NCBI GenBank assembly: GCA_963841015.1
Contig: CAWJAX010000002.1
Span: 32,001-96,000, forward strand
DNA length: 64,000 nt
Origin: an uncultured Methanoregulaceae archaeon
Lineage (GTDB): Archaea; Halobacteriota; Methanomicrobia; Methanomicrobiales; Methanospirillaceae
Direction of reading: 5' to 3'
In this document: positions 19,425 through 30,360 of the stretch, in pieces
How positions within the stretch are numbered: the first letter of the stretch is position 1
Layout of the letters: the number at the start of each line of letters is the position of its first letter
Notes under the pieces: model-generated
Databases searched by the model: none
What the model saw: only the letters and a program-made list of their open reading frames with translations
What the model was told of the DNA's origin: nothing
Position numbers and translations under genes: made by a program

Positions 19425-20272
19425 TTATGTAAACAATACCATTCTGACCAAGTTACGCACACCCGGCGCTAATCCCACTACAATCATGGCAAGCAGGATC
19501 AGGTGCCAGAGGATTTGGGGAGCCTCCTTCCGGGTACTGCTGGAGGATGTATATTGCGGGAAATAGTACTGCGAGTTTCAGGGGGAACATCGAAAATGCC
19601 GTCCCGGTCCATGCAATCAGGGCGCCTCCCACAACATGCGATTCGGTATAGGTCATAGAGTGCAGGTCAATACCATAGCTCGTGGCGCTTGCGTCCAACA
19701 TGTGGCTGAAGATCAGTACGCAGTACAGTGGATCGCTTACATATTCCCATTTGAGCACGTACCGCATGAATCCCCAGACTGCACCTGTGGTGACAGTGGC
19801 GAGAGTAAGGATAATGAGGAGAATGCTGACTGCGATCTGCGAGTACGTTAACCCATACCATACCAGGAATGCGGCAGCAAGAATACAGCCCATTGTCCCG
19901 ATACCAGCATACCCGATATCATATGAGGTGATGATCCGGGCACGTTCAAGGGTCTGCGAAAGGAGCAGCGCTGCGACGGTGATAAAAAATATTACAAAGA
20001 AAATCAGCGGTGTGATGAGGAGGAAGCGGAGATCGGAAGTGATATATCCGGTGTCCTCGACAACCCGCAGGAGTCCCCCGAGAACGATGAACGGGACGGT
20101 AGCTGAGGACAAACTTTCCGTCGACAGGAAATCCAGTCCATTTAAGCCAGCGGTAGATAAGGTACACCGCGATGACAAGAATGATGGCATACGTCAGGGT
20201 GTCTACAATATTATACGGTTGGCCATACCGAATGGGATCAATGTAATACGTCGTGATGAAGTCGCTAATCAT
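19425..20272 (-). CDS. DUF63 family membrane protein (two frameshifts)
   Basis: YYIDPI..YNIVDTLTYA joined to GGLLRVVED..HMLDASAT..ESHVV..GLAPGVRNLVRM. Confidence 0.8.
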
Positions 20273-20433
20273 GATGTCATTCTTGCCTGAGAGTCAATTC
20301 ACAATCGTTACTTTCAATAAGTTATAATTCTTGGTATTCAGGATGCATGCTACACCCGATCTCATGGGAATAAAACTACTAACCTATGCCTGCATAAAAA
20401 AACCGGCAATGCAGTAACAGGAAAAAAAGAAGG

Positions 20434-21315
20434 TTAGTATTTGTGGAGTTCTATCTCCACGTTTTCAAGATTGGCGATCCGCTTCTCGAGCGCCGGATGT
20501 GTTGAAAGGAGCTCCATTATGGTGTTTTTCGAGATGGCGGGAATGATGAAGAATGCATTTGCTCCCTCGACCTTTGCCTTATATTCCGCAGGTACCGCGT
20601 CCATCCTTCCGTTTATTTTCTTGAGGGCGGATACGAGCGCCCGTGGATTTTTCGTGATGAGCGCACTGCCGCGATCTGCCGCGAATTCGCGGTATCTTGA
20701 GAGTGCAAGAATGAGTAGCGTGCTGACAGCATACACAACAATCGAAACGATCCATACAACGATCCAACTGCCTCCACCGCGATCACGTCCGCCGAATATT
20801 GCAGAGAAAAAGAAACTCTGCATGATCATCGATGCGATCATCGCAATAAAACTGGCCATGGTCATGGTAAGGATATCGCGGTTTTTTACATGGGCGAGCT
20901 CGTGGGCAAGAACTGCTTCCAGTTCATCCTTTTTGAGCAGCCGCATGATCGAATCCGTGCAGGCAACTACTGCATGCTTCGGACTCCTCCCGGTTGCAAA
21001 CGCGTTTGGCATCGGGCTCTGCATAATCGCAATCCTTGGCATAGGGAGATCTGCTTCCCCGGAGAGCTTTTCCACGGTTTGGCGGAGTTCAGGATATTCA
21101 TCCTCATCAATGATACGTGCCCCGGTTGACCAGAGCACCAGCTTATCAGAGAAGAAGTATTGGACTAATCCCATTCCTACGGCAAGGAGGACTATTAGCC
21201 AGTAACCGGCTCCGAACGCCAACAGTACGGTCATGAACACAAGGTAGAGGATGAACAATAAGAACATCGTCAGCCAGACTCTGCCGGTAAGGCCCCAGTC
21301 ACGTTTCCATTCCAT
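20434..21315 (-). CDS. htpX: Zinc metalloprotease HtpX
   Basis: PNAFATG, HELAH (HExxH), SRYREFAAD, STHP; start reset to MEWKRD. Confidence 0.92.
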   Translation of the reverse strand: MEWKRDWGLTGRVWLTMFLLFILYLVFMTVLLAFGAGYWLIVLLAVGMGLVQYFFSDKLVLWSTGARIIDEDEYPELRQTVEKLSGEADLPMPRIAIMQSPMPNAFATGRSPKHAVVACTDSIMRLLKKDELEAVLAHELAHVKNRDILTMTMASFIAMIASMIMQSFFFSAIFGGRDRGGGSWIVVWIVSIVVYAVSTLLILALSRYREFAADRGSALITKNPRALVSALKKINGRMDAVPAEYKAKVEGANAFFIIPAISKNTIMELLSTHPALEKRIANLENVEIELHKY

Positions 21316-21531
21316 AATTAGTACAATTACGATCGTGATGCTCTTAAAGTCTTTGAATGTTACAGAAAAACCGGCTTCAATCTGAACCGTTTTTTTGCTT
21401 TCCTGATATTTGCGGAGTTTTATAAAAAAGAAGGTCCGTAAAAAATTGTTGCATGACAACACGGCCCCCCATGAATCTGCCTCTTCAGGTTTTTACAAAA
21501 TTAACCCTCATTATTTTGTAATTTTGTACCT

Positions 21532-21930
21532 CGGTCCTCCCACCCTTTGGTTTCTTCGTTGTTGAAATCCAAAGACTTGTATTCAGTGAGTCAAAAAAAT
21601 GTAACTGTATAAGGCGATCTCTTTTACGAGACCGGGTTTTATGAGCCGGTAGACAACCCGCAGCAGGAAACCGACTATCAGTATCGATACCGCAATCCAG
21701 ATTATTGTTGCCCACCGCTCAAAGTAAAGTGGTACGGTGTTAAAGACTGGTCCACCGGTCTGGACGACGATGCTCTGAATAGCGACCATGGCTGCAATGA
21801 TAACGAAGACTGTCGGTTTCCCTTTGAAATAGGGGGGCATCGTCCCGTCCAGTGCCCGGCAGTTGATACCGTTCCAGACTGCTGCGATGACGAATGCGGC
21901 AAAGAATCCCGGTCGCTACCCGGAGCATAC
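21532..21930 (-). pseudogene. Degenerate duplicate of the 3' end and downstream region of the Ca-ATPase gene
   Basis: Aligns with about 10708..11152 (AAVWNGINCRALDG.MPP.FKG..PTVFVI..), with an internal deletion between aagaa microhomologies. Confidence 0.85.
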
Positions 21931-22107
21931 CAACAACCAGCGGAAGGAACATCGGCTCATGGAATACTGATTTGGAGGTTTCCGGGTAGTAAAGGTTGTT
22001 TTTTTGGTTTGCCGCTTGCAAGGTGGTGTCCTGTTACGGGAACAGAAAAAAACCGTTTCATTCCGGCCTGCTCGCAATTACACGGGAGAGAATGAAAAAA
22101 ATGAATA

Positions 22108-22299
22108 TTATTCATCGATGGGCTTGAAAACGCCTTTTTTTGCCTTGAGAATTTTGCATTCCGGACATCGCCAGGTGTCAGGAACCTTATCCCATGGCGT
22201 GCCCGGGGGAATGCCATTTTTGGGATCTCCTTTCAGGGGGTCGTATATGTAGTGACATTCGAGACATACACATCTGATTTTTTTTACCTGTTCAGCCAT
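22108..22299 (-). CDS. Rubredoxin
   Basis: CLECHYIYDP..GDP..GIPPGTPW..VPDTWRCPEC. Confidence 0.88.
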   Translation of the reverse strand: MAEQVKKIRCVCLECHYIYDPLKGDPKNGIPPGTPWDKVPDTWRCPECKILKAKKGVFKPIDE

Positions 22300-22497
22300 G
22301 GTTTATCCAACTCCCTTCATTCCGTTTGACACTTATGTATTTTGTTTTACTATCTTAATGAACACTGCTTTTTCCGGACTTTACGGGATTGTGCTCAGGG
22401 TGCACACCCCACCTGGAACGTGCAGTGCTGTCCATACCGTCTCATGCGGACCAGTCTCGCAAAGTTTAAAGAAAAAGCGCCCCAAGGGACTATCAGG

Positions 22498-23868
22498 ATG
22501 TATATAAAAACCGTGAGATCGGAGATAGTTTCCCACCTGAGTTACCTGGTCGCGTCGAAGGGGGAAGCTTTTGTTGTCGACCCCCGGAGAGACTGCGAGG
22601 TCTACCATGAGATCGCACAGGACCAGGGGACCAGGATCAGGGAGATCTTCGAGACCCACCGGAACGAGGACTATGTTGCCGGCTCCATTGAACTCTCCCG
22701 GATCACCGGTGCCAGGATACACCACGGTCCGGGGATTCCCTGGAAGTACGGGGAGACGCTCACTGACGGTGAGGAGTTCAGGATCGGTGCATTGAAGGTC
22801 GTCGCACTCCACACCCCGGGCCATTCCCCGGACAGCACCTGCTATGTCCTTTACGACCGGGAGAGCGGGGAGCATCCTGTGACAGTGTTTCTCCGGTGAC
22901 ACGCTCTTTGTCGGCGACGTCGGGAGGACAGATTTCCTCGGCGAAAGGTACACGGCGATGATGTCCGGGAAGCTTTACGACAGCCTGCACGATAAGCTGC
23001 TTCCCCTTGGTGACGGGGTGGTGGTCCTGCCCGCCCATGGCTATGGATCGGTCTGCGGCGGCACGATACGCGAACGGGAGATCAGCACCATCGGGGCAGA
23101 GCGGGCGATGAACCCCATGCTCGGCCTTACAAGGGACAAGTTCGTTGAACGCAAGGTCGGTGAGAAGCACGAAACATCACCCTATTTCAGCGTGATGGAG
23201 AGATACAACCTCGAAGGCCCGCCAATCCCGCCCCACCTGCCTGCGCCCCCCGCGCTCACCCCGGCCGAATTCCGGGCGGCTGCTGCAGGAGGCATTCCCG
23301 TCATCGACACGCGAGCCCCCCCTGCGTTTGGAGGGGCGCACATAGAAGGCTCGTACAGCCTCCCGCCCATGAGGCTGGCAAACGCCGGCTGGGTCGCCTC
23401 TGTTGAAAAAGAGGTGCTCCTGGTAGTCGAAGACTCCCGGGCCCTTGACTTCGCGGTCAGGAACCTCTACCGGATGGGATACACCTCCTTTGCCGGCTAC
23501 CTTGCCGGCGGTATCGAAGCGTGGTATAAGGAAGGATACCCCCTCTCCCGGGTGGACCTGCTGACGTGCCGGCGAGCTCAATACCCTCATCATGGCGGGG
23601 GAACAGCCGGTGATCGTGGACGTTCGCAGGCACAGCGAGTGGGACGAGGGGCACATCAGGGGAGCGACCCACATCTATCTGGGCAGGCTCCCCGAAAGGC
23701 TGGGCGAAATCCCGGAAGGAAAGCCCGTGGTTCTCCAGTGCAAGACGGGGACTCGTTCCAGCTTCGCTGCAAGCATCCTCAAAAAAGCGGGCAGAACCAG
23801 AGTCTGCAACCTGCTTGGCGGCATCGACTCCTGGAAGAAGTCTTGGTTACCCCCTCGTGAAAGACTGA
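22498..23868 (+). CDS. MBL-fold hydrolase fused to two rhodanese domains (several frameshifts)
   Basis: VDPRRD, ETHRNEDY, HTPGHS, GDTLFVGDVGR, PAHGYGSVCG, DVR..EW..GHI.GA, CKTGTRS, NLLGGIDSW, pieced together across frames. Confidence 0.85.
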
Positions 23869-23905
23869 ACTTAACCTTTATTATCCACACAACCAAGCTG
23901 AACAC

Positions 23906-24364
23906 ATGTTTCCCCTCGGTATAGAACCCTACCTCATCGGCGGGATCCTCATCGGCCTTGGCGTCAGCCTCATCTACATCCTGACCGGGCTTCACGCTAC
24001 GCAGAGCAGTTTCTTCACCACGACGCTCTCATGGTTTTCGAAACTGCCATACTTCCAGGACAAAAGAAACCTCCAGGAACGCGACTGGCGACTTGTGCTG
24101 TGCCTCGGCCTGATCTCGGGTGCCGTTCTCTACACCCTCACCCTGTCACCTTCGGGTATGTTTGTAACGAGTGTCGGCCCCTGGAGGCTGGCGCTGGGCG
24201 GGCTGCTTGTCGGCTTCGGCACGCGGCTCTCCAACGGGTGTACCTCGGGTCATGGCATAAGCGGCATCGCATCCCTCTCAACCACCTCACTCTACGCGGT
24301 CATCACGTTCCTGGGATTCGGAATCATAACGGCCCACCTCCTCGAACTCATGGGGGTCCTGTAA
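23906..24364 (+). CDS. YeeE/YedE family sulfur-compound transporter subunit
   Basis: GGILIGLG, GGLLVGFGTRLSNGCTSGHGISG. Confidence 0.88.
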   Translation: MFPLGIEPYLIGGILIGLGVSLIYILTGLHATQSSFFTTTLSWFSKLPYFQDKRNLQERDWRLVLCLGLISGAVLYTLTLSPSGMFVTSVGPWRLALGGLLVGFGTRLSNGCTSGHGISGIASLSTTSLYAVITFLGFGIITAHLLELMGVL

Positions 24365-24777
24365 TGAACACCAGGAACCTCTCGGTCTACGCGGGAGGGA
24401 TCCTTTTTGGCTTTGGTCTTGCCTACAGTGGCATGACCCAACCGGAGATTGTCCTCAGTTTCCTCAGGCTGGAAGATCTGGGACTCATCTTTGTCATGGG
24501 CGGCGCAGCGGTCATTACCTTCTTTGCAGTTAATGCCGCGCCGAAATTCATGAAAGCCCCCGTGCTTGGGGGAACCTTCAAGCCCCGGATCAGTGTAATG
24601 ACGAGAAACACGATAATCGGTGCAGCAATATTCGGTGTCGGGTGGGGAATATCAGGCCAGTGCCCCGGCTCGGCAGTTGCAAGCCTCGGTACGGGAAACT
24701 GGCCCATCACAATCGGCATCGCCTTCATGTTCCTCGGCGCTTACCTCAGGGGAAGATTTGTCAAAGGTGAGAATTAA
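24364..24777 (+). CDS. YeeE/YedE family sulfur-compound transporter subunit (second half)
   Basis: ATG 24364 overlaps the upstream stop; GILFGFGLAYSGM.QP..VLSFL, GAAIFGVGWGISGQCPG. Confidence 0.85.
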   Translation: MNTRNLSVYAGGILFGFGLAYSGMTQPEIVLSFLRLEDLGLIFVMGGAAVITFFAVNAAPKFMKAPVLGGTFKPRISVMTRNTIIGAAIFGVGWGISGQCPGSAVASLGTGNWPITIGIAFMFLGAYLRGRFVKGEN

Positions 24778-25006
24778 GAGATCCGGAGAACGGATAAAGA
24801 CAAAAAACACGGGGCGACAGGTGTGAACCGATAGTCTTCAATCCTCCGCTGCTGATACCCGCGCTTCTGCCTGCCCTCTGCAACCCCCGTTTCCCGGAAA
24901 CCTCCCGCAGTTCAAGCCGGAGGGTATGACAAGGTCAGGATGCCAGGCCAGGGGGGCGGTTCCGGATAGTTCCTGGGAGTTAAGCAACTTTTTTTGGTCA
25001 GGTGTT

Positions 25007-25492
25007 TTAATTCAGGAGAACGACCCCGGCATTTAATGCAGTGGCGATGCAGACCCAGGCAAGATAGGGAACGAGAAGCACGGCAGCAGGTTTTGACACC
25101 CGGTAAAAGGTCATGATGGTCGCAACAATGAGGGCAAGCAATACGACAATACAGGCAAGCGCGGCCGTTGGTGATTGCAGCCCGAAGAAGAGTAAGGACC
25201 ACAGGAGGTTTACTCCCAGCTGGGCGGCAAACAGGATAATTCCGGTCTTTACGGTTTCGTTTTCCCACCCCTGCATAATGACAAGGTACAGGGAAATTCC
25301 CATCAGTATATAGAGAACCGTCCAGACCGGGCCGAACACGTAATCCGGTGGCGTGAACCAGGGTTTGTTGAGCGTTGAATACCAGTCAGTCACTCCGGAC
25401 ATCGTGAGCATACCGATAATGGCTCCTGAAACCAGGGGTATGAGGATACAGACTATCGCCAGTACAACCGATCGAAGGGGAATCCTGTCCAT
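25007..25492 (-). CDS. tspO: TspO/MBR family membrane protein
   Basis: WYSTLNKPWFTPP..FGPVWTVLY..NLLWS.LFFG..PYLAWV..A.ALN. Confidence 0.9.
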   Translation of the reverse strand: MDRIPLRSVVLAIVCILIPLVSGAIIGMLTMSGVTDWYSTLNKPWFTPPDYVFGPVWTVLYILMGISLYLVIMQGWENETVKTGIILFAAQLGVNLLWSLLFFGLQSPTAALACIVVLLALIVATIMTFYRVSKPAAVLLVPYLAWVCIATALNAGVVLLN

Positions 25493-25590
25493 GGAGGTTA
25501 CTGATACCCGGGAAGAGATGAGTGTATCCCTTCCGGTAGTACCGGCACAGGATGTCGGGAAATAACGGTGATAGCAGTTCGATTACCGTT

Positions 25591-25881
25591 TTAGATCTCT
25601 TTTGCGATTTTGTAGAACATGTCAGGTGAAACGGTCTCTAAGGTCTCAGTCTGGACCGTGCCAAACTTTGCAACAATCGCAAGGAACTTCACCACGCTCT
25701 CCTTGGTGGGCATATCAATAATTGCCACGAAGTCATACCGGCCGAACGTGTAGAACAGGGAGATCATCTTTCCTCCCAGCGATTCGATGATCTTTTTTGC
25801 TTTCTGGTCCCGTTCTTCAATGCTGTCAAATTTTTCAAATGCAGTACTCTTCAGGTTCCCGAGCGTCACGTAGATTGTCAT
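25591..25881 (-). CDS. GYD domain protein
   Basis: ESLGGK..FYTFGRYDFVAI..GTVQTETL. Confidence 0.85.
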   Translation of the reverse strand: MTIYVTLGNLKSTAFEKFDSIEERDQKAKKIIESLGGKMISLFYTFGRYDFVAIIDMPTKESVVKFLAIVAKFGTVQTETLETVSPDMFYKIAKEI

Positions 25882-26681
25882 GTGTGAACCCTTTCATTTG
25901 AGGTAGTAATAAAAATTTGGATACCGGAACGGTGAGATAGTGGGGTGAGGTTCCCGATACTTAAAGCACGACCTGCCAGGAATTACCCCTTCAATAGATG
26001 CATTCCATACTACAGTTTTTTTAAAAAATAAAAGTGAGACGAATTCATGAGGATTGCCCCGGAAGAACTTCACTCAGGGTGCATCAGTCCCGATTCCCGG
26101 TATCTTGGTCATTCACGGGTACAACTATTGGGTTCCCGTTACATTGTCCGGGTATCGGTAGTTACACGGTAAATCTTAAACGACACCCTGAACCGGTATC
26201 TTGTACGACAGGAGATCCTATGCCGTTTGGATCGGTTGTCTTACCCAGTCCAGGACAGACATATATCCGTGTTCCCAGTTCAGCCCGGCGAATACGATCT
26301 CTTTATCGTTTCCAGGTCATTGGCTGCGTAAACCCAGTTACTGATCGAATCCCCGCTGCACTCCGGATTTGTCCTCCCTGAGGCACACACCCTGATGCGC
26401 TGATTTTATTAAAATCTTAGGTCATTTTTCAAAAAATGTTACAAAATCTGCTTTACGGAAATAATATAATAATATTATTGGAATGAGCCCTGAAAGGTCA
26501 GGATGACTGCTGCATATACGAAAACCTGACAGGTTACTATCCATACCCCGAAAATAAAAAAGCGATTTCAGATAGCGTGTACGAGGTTTCCGGGTGGGGA
26601 AAAATACGGGTAGTTCATTTGATAGGAACTCACGGAGATACTATTTATCGAGCATCAGGTAAATGCAATAGGAGAAATCCC

Positions 26682-27188
26682 ATGAAAAACATCGTCCTTA
26701 TCGGTATGCCCGGTGCAGGGAAGAGCACCATGGGGGTCATCCTTGCAAAAACCCTGGGACGTACCTTTATCGATACGGATATCGTGGCACAGGAAACGAG
26801 CGGACGGCTCCTGCAGGAGATTATTGATGAGGATGGGACCGATGCATTCCTGAAAACCGAGGAAAAAACGATACTCTCGCTGCACGGTCACCATGCTGTT
26901 ATTGCCACGGGGGGCAGTGTGGTGTTCAGCACAAAAGCGATGCAACACCTCAAAAAGGATGGCATCGTCATATACCTGGATATATCATTTGAGGAAATGG
27001 TGAGGAGACTCAATAATATCATGACGCGGGGAATTGTCCTGACTGCAGGCCAAAGCCTTCGGGATATGTACAACCAGAGGGTCTCTTTGTATGAAAGGTA
27101 TGCTGATATAACGATCGATTGTTCAGGCATCGATTTTGAGACGTGTATCGGAAACATCCTTGATGAGCTCCGTAATTTCCCGGTATAG
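26682..27188 (+). CDS. aroK: Shikimate kinase, bacterial P-loop type
   Basis: NIVLIGMPGAGKST, FIDTD, VIATGGSVV, R..LYERYAD; start reset to MKNIV. Confidence 0.85.
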   Translation: MKNIVLIGMPGAGKSTMGVILAKTLGRTFIDTDIVAQETSGRLLQEIIDEDGTDAFLKTEEKTILSLHGHHAVIATGGSVVFSTKAMQHLKKDGIVIYLDISFEEMVRRLNNIMTRGIVLTAGQSLRDMYNQRVSLYERYADITIDCSGIDFETCIGNILDELRNFPV

Positions 27189-27348
27189 TGCGTTTTTTCT
27201 TTTATGGTGTCATCCCCCATCACCAACTGCCACACCGGAAACTCTCCGGGATCCCTTCCGGATAGAATATCAGGGCATTTCAATTTAGTGAACCTCAGCA
27301 CAACACACATAATCCTTTAATCGCATAAGCTGGCTGAGAAGAGCTTCC

Positions 27349-28024
27349 ATGAATACGTTTTCCTGGTATCCCTGCGCCGGCCTAGCAGTCATCATGCTTT
27401 TAGTAATAACGGTGCTTTTCACCGGCTGGTACGAGTCCTACGGACCATAAAATTCCTGCGGCGACAGGATCCCCTGGTGTGACTGCAGGGCAGGGTGCAC
27501 CTGTTCCGGCCAATACGGGCGTGAGTGCATCCCTTCCCTATGGAGTATCTATATCGGTCCCGGCTGACTGGACGAGGCAGGATGTCCTCACGAGCGGGGT
27601 CAGGGACTATGGCACATCAACGATAAACATCGCCAATTTCTACTCACCCAATGCCATCCCGGGTGACCAGGCATCCTACACTTCCCTGAGTGTCGATGTC
27701 GATCAGAACCCCGGAGCGGATTTTGAGAGATACTTCAACAGCGCTACTCTTGCCGTGACAAAAACCTATGGCGATCCCACTACGGTAGAAGCCCACAGTT
27801 ACACCATACCAATATCCGGCTATAAATCCTACGAGCTGGATTTCCAGACCGATGAGGTGAAAGGGACCTACATCTTTACCTCAACAGAAAACGGCATGTA
27901 TATCTTCGCGTTCAAGGTTCCAAATAAACCCCGGGCAGTCCGGGTGTTCCAGGGAGCGATCGTAGAGATTTACCAATCGATCAGGATCCATCCCCCGACC
28001 GTTGTTGTCACGCAGCACCGGTAA
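27349..28024 (+). CDS. Lipoprotein with a PsbP-like domain (frameshift near the lipobox)
   Basis: Signal MNTFSW..VLFTG(C) joins the 27479 frame by a 1-nt indel; YGVSISVPADW..ISGYKSY..YIFAF..SIRI. Confidence 0.55.
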
Positions 28025-28260
28025 CGATTCTTTCTTTTTTACCGTGTGAACGTTTTTTTGCACACTGACATTCGCCAGCGCATAATCCCGCCCCATCTTC
28101 AAACCCGTGAAGCAATTTTCAGGTTCATGCCGTGCTTTCCCGCATAAAAAAGGGAATATAGTAAAAATTTTTCATTTTAAAGCTTATTCAAAACTTTTTT
28201 TAAAATAAATTAATTTAAGTACTAGAAATTTATTTAAAGGAAATTGGTTAATAGTCTTAT

Positions 28261-28686
28261 ATGTCAGCTACCAAGAACCAGGCAAAGCCTGCACACCGGG
28301 GACTTTCGTTCCAGATCCCCATTTTCTATAAACTGATGGTGAGTATGCTCTTTGTTTCAATGATCCCGATGATGCTTCTCGGGATCGTTTCCATGGGAGG
28401 GACTGACAGTATTGTTACGAGCCTGGGACTGACAAACAGCATCTTTGTCCTCACGTTCGTCACCCTCTCTGTCGTCGTCATGTGGAGTTTTTTCCTTGCC
28501 AGCAGCATCACCAACCCGATTGTAAAACTGTCGGAAATTGCTACCAGCATGAGCACCGGAGAGCTGAAAAATCCGGAAATTGAACTGCTCAGTAACGATG
28601 AGATTGGGGAGCTCCAGACCGCGTTCAACCGGATGATCAATACCTATAAGATTCTCGATACCCTGGCAAAAGAAGCAAACGAGTAA
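28261..28686 (+). CDS. Two-TM HAMP-only membrane protein
   Basis: Two TM helices, then ITNPIVKLSEIA..G.L....SNDEIGELQTAFNRM; no output domain. Confidence 0.85.
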   Translation: MSATKNQAKPAHRGLSFQIPIFYKLMVSMLFVSMIPMMLLGIVSMGGTDSIVTSLGLTNSIFVLTFVTLSVVVMWSFFLASSITNPIVKLSEIATSMSTGELKNPEIELLSNDEIGELQTAFNRMINTYKILDTLAKEANE

Positions 28687-28830
28687 CCAGGACGGATGGC
28701 AGAGTGGTACTATCAGCGGCAGTAAGGAACAAAAATGCCCTGGAGGCTACGAGGGTATGCAACGGAAATCCGGAGTATTCCATGACCTGATGCTCCAAAG
28801 ATACAATGCACCGACAGGAAGAGGACACGA

Positions 28831-29178
28831 ATGCTCAAGGAAATACTGAATAAATTTCTCATCCTTCACGATGTACGGGGAGTCATCGTCGTAAGGGAGG
28901 ATGGGGGCATTGTTGAGAGCATCAAGTCGGGTATGGAATATAATGATGCCTTCATGGCGGCAGTTTCCACCTTCATGGTGGGTTCAAAAGTTACGGCAGA
29001 TACCTTTGGAAATTCTCCCGCTTTTATGGTGTTTATGGAATTTCCTGATTATTTCCTTCTCCTTGCACCCCTCAAAGAAGCATTTTTTTTACTGGTTATT
29101 GCACAGAACACCGCAAATATCGGACAGATTAACCAGGCGATGAAAAAGAACCGGGAAGACCTGGTTGCACTCCTATGA
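28831..29178 (+). CDS. Roadblock/LC7 (MglB-like) protein
   Basis: VRGVIVVREDGGIV..LLVIA..ANIGQI. Confidence 0.75.
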   Translation: MLKEILNKFLILHDVRGVIVVREDGGIVESIKSGMEYNDAFMAAVSTFMVGSKVTADTFGNSPAFMVFMEFPDYFLLLAPLKEAFFLLVIAQNTANIGQINQAMKKNREDLVALL

Positions 29179-30293
29179 AACCGTTACCTGAAGGAAAAAG
29201 CCTGGGATGGATGCAGGCACCGGCATCGTGGATAGGCTCCCATACGGTACGCTTTATCGGGGTGGTCCGGGTGGTGATCCAGGACGGGGAAGGATTTATC
29301 CTGATAAAAAAAGGAAAGCCGCTCTTCTACTATTTTAAACAGGGTACAATTGAATTAAAAGGGCACACTGCGCTGGATTATTTTAATTCTCACCCTGTCA
29401 TTGAATTTAATCTCTGTAAATATAACCCGGATGAGTTGGCGTGGGCGATGAAACTCTGTAATATTGAAGACCCCGACCGCGTGGTTCCCAAAGGACCGGT
29501 TGTTTCTGGACCGGTATCACGGGAACCCACCGCCCCTTCCCTCATACTTGTTCCTCATGTTGTAAAACCTGCAAGGGATGCAGGAATTTCGGACCCGGTC
29601 GTGGTTGCACACCCGGTTCCTACGGTTTCCAAAGGACCGGTTGTTCCCGGGCCAGTGTCACGGGAACACAACCTTCCCTCACACACAGCAGTTCCACCGG
29701 TCGTAAAACCTGTCCAGGTCAAAAGCGTCCCGGACCCGGTCGTAGTTCCACACCCGGTTCCCACGGTTACCAAAGGACCGGATGTTCCCGGGCCGGTGTT
29801 ACGGGAACACAACCCTCACTCACACACAGCAGTTCCACCGGTCGTAAAACCTGTCCAGGTCAAAAGCGTCCCGGACCCGGTCGTAGTTCCACACCCGGTT
29901 CCCAAGGTTGAGGAACGAGCAGTCGCACCAATCCCGGAGGCCAGTGAAGATCCGGAGGTAACCCTGCTTTCGCAGATCAGGGACCTGGATGACATTGTAG
30001 CCCTTGCAGTATTCAATGATACCCGCACGGTCATCATGATGAGTGATGAAGACAGTGAGGCCCTGGTAAAAATTGCACGAACCATGCTTGGGACAGCAAG
30101 GAAAATGACACCCCGGCTGCCCTGGGGACCTTTTGTGCATATGACCTTCCAGATACCTTCGGGCAACATGATCATAGCGCCCTATAAGGACAATTACCTT
30201 TGTCTGCTCACGACAAGGGCTATCAATATTGGGCATATCCGGAGGATTCTTCGCGATCTTTTACAAAAAGACGCACCTGAGCGGATGTCATGA
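29175..30293 (+). CDS. DUF2226-like N-domain, Pro/Val repeat linker and C-terminal roadblock domain
   Basis: LPEGKSLG..F.G..GEGFILIKKG..LKG..AL N-domain; 47-aa repeats; GPFVHMTFQIPSGNMIIAPY..LCLLT..INIGHIRRIL. Confidence 0.7.
   Translation: MKPLPEGKSLGWMQAPASWIGSHTVRFIGVVRVVIQDGEGFILIKKGKPLFYYFKQGTIELKGHTALDYFNSHPVIEFNLCKYNPDELAWAMKLCNIEDPDRVVPKGPVVSGPVSREPTAPSLILVPHVVKPARDAGISDPVVVAHPVPTVSKGPVVPGPVSREHNLPSHTAVPPVVKPVQVKSVPDPVVVPHPVPTVTKGPDVPGPVLREHNPHSHTAVPPVVKPVQVKSVPDPVVVPHPVPKVEERAVAPIPEASEDPEVTLLSQIRDLDDIVALAVFNDTRTVIMMSDEDSEALVKIARTMLGTARKMTPRLPWGPFVHMTFQIPSGNMIIAPYKDNYLCLLTTRAINIGHIRRILRDLLQKDAPERMS
29490..29905 (+). repeat. Intragenic tandem repeat, about 3 x 141 bp
   Basis: aaaggaccgg recurs at 29490, 29631 and 29772. 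Confidence 0.9.
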
Positions 30294-30360
30294 GCCGGGA
30301 CTGACCATTTCCTTCCGACACGTAATTCCCCTTTTAACCGGATAACGGAGAGGAAAATCC

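Noticed and set aside
26034-26430. Possible small gene in the 25.9-26.6 kb intergenic region
   Set aside because: Only broken protein-like fragments on the minus strand, with no clear start or family; cannot be supported.
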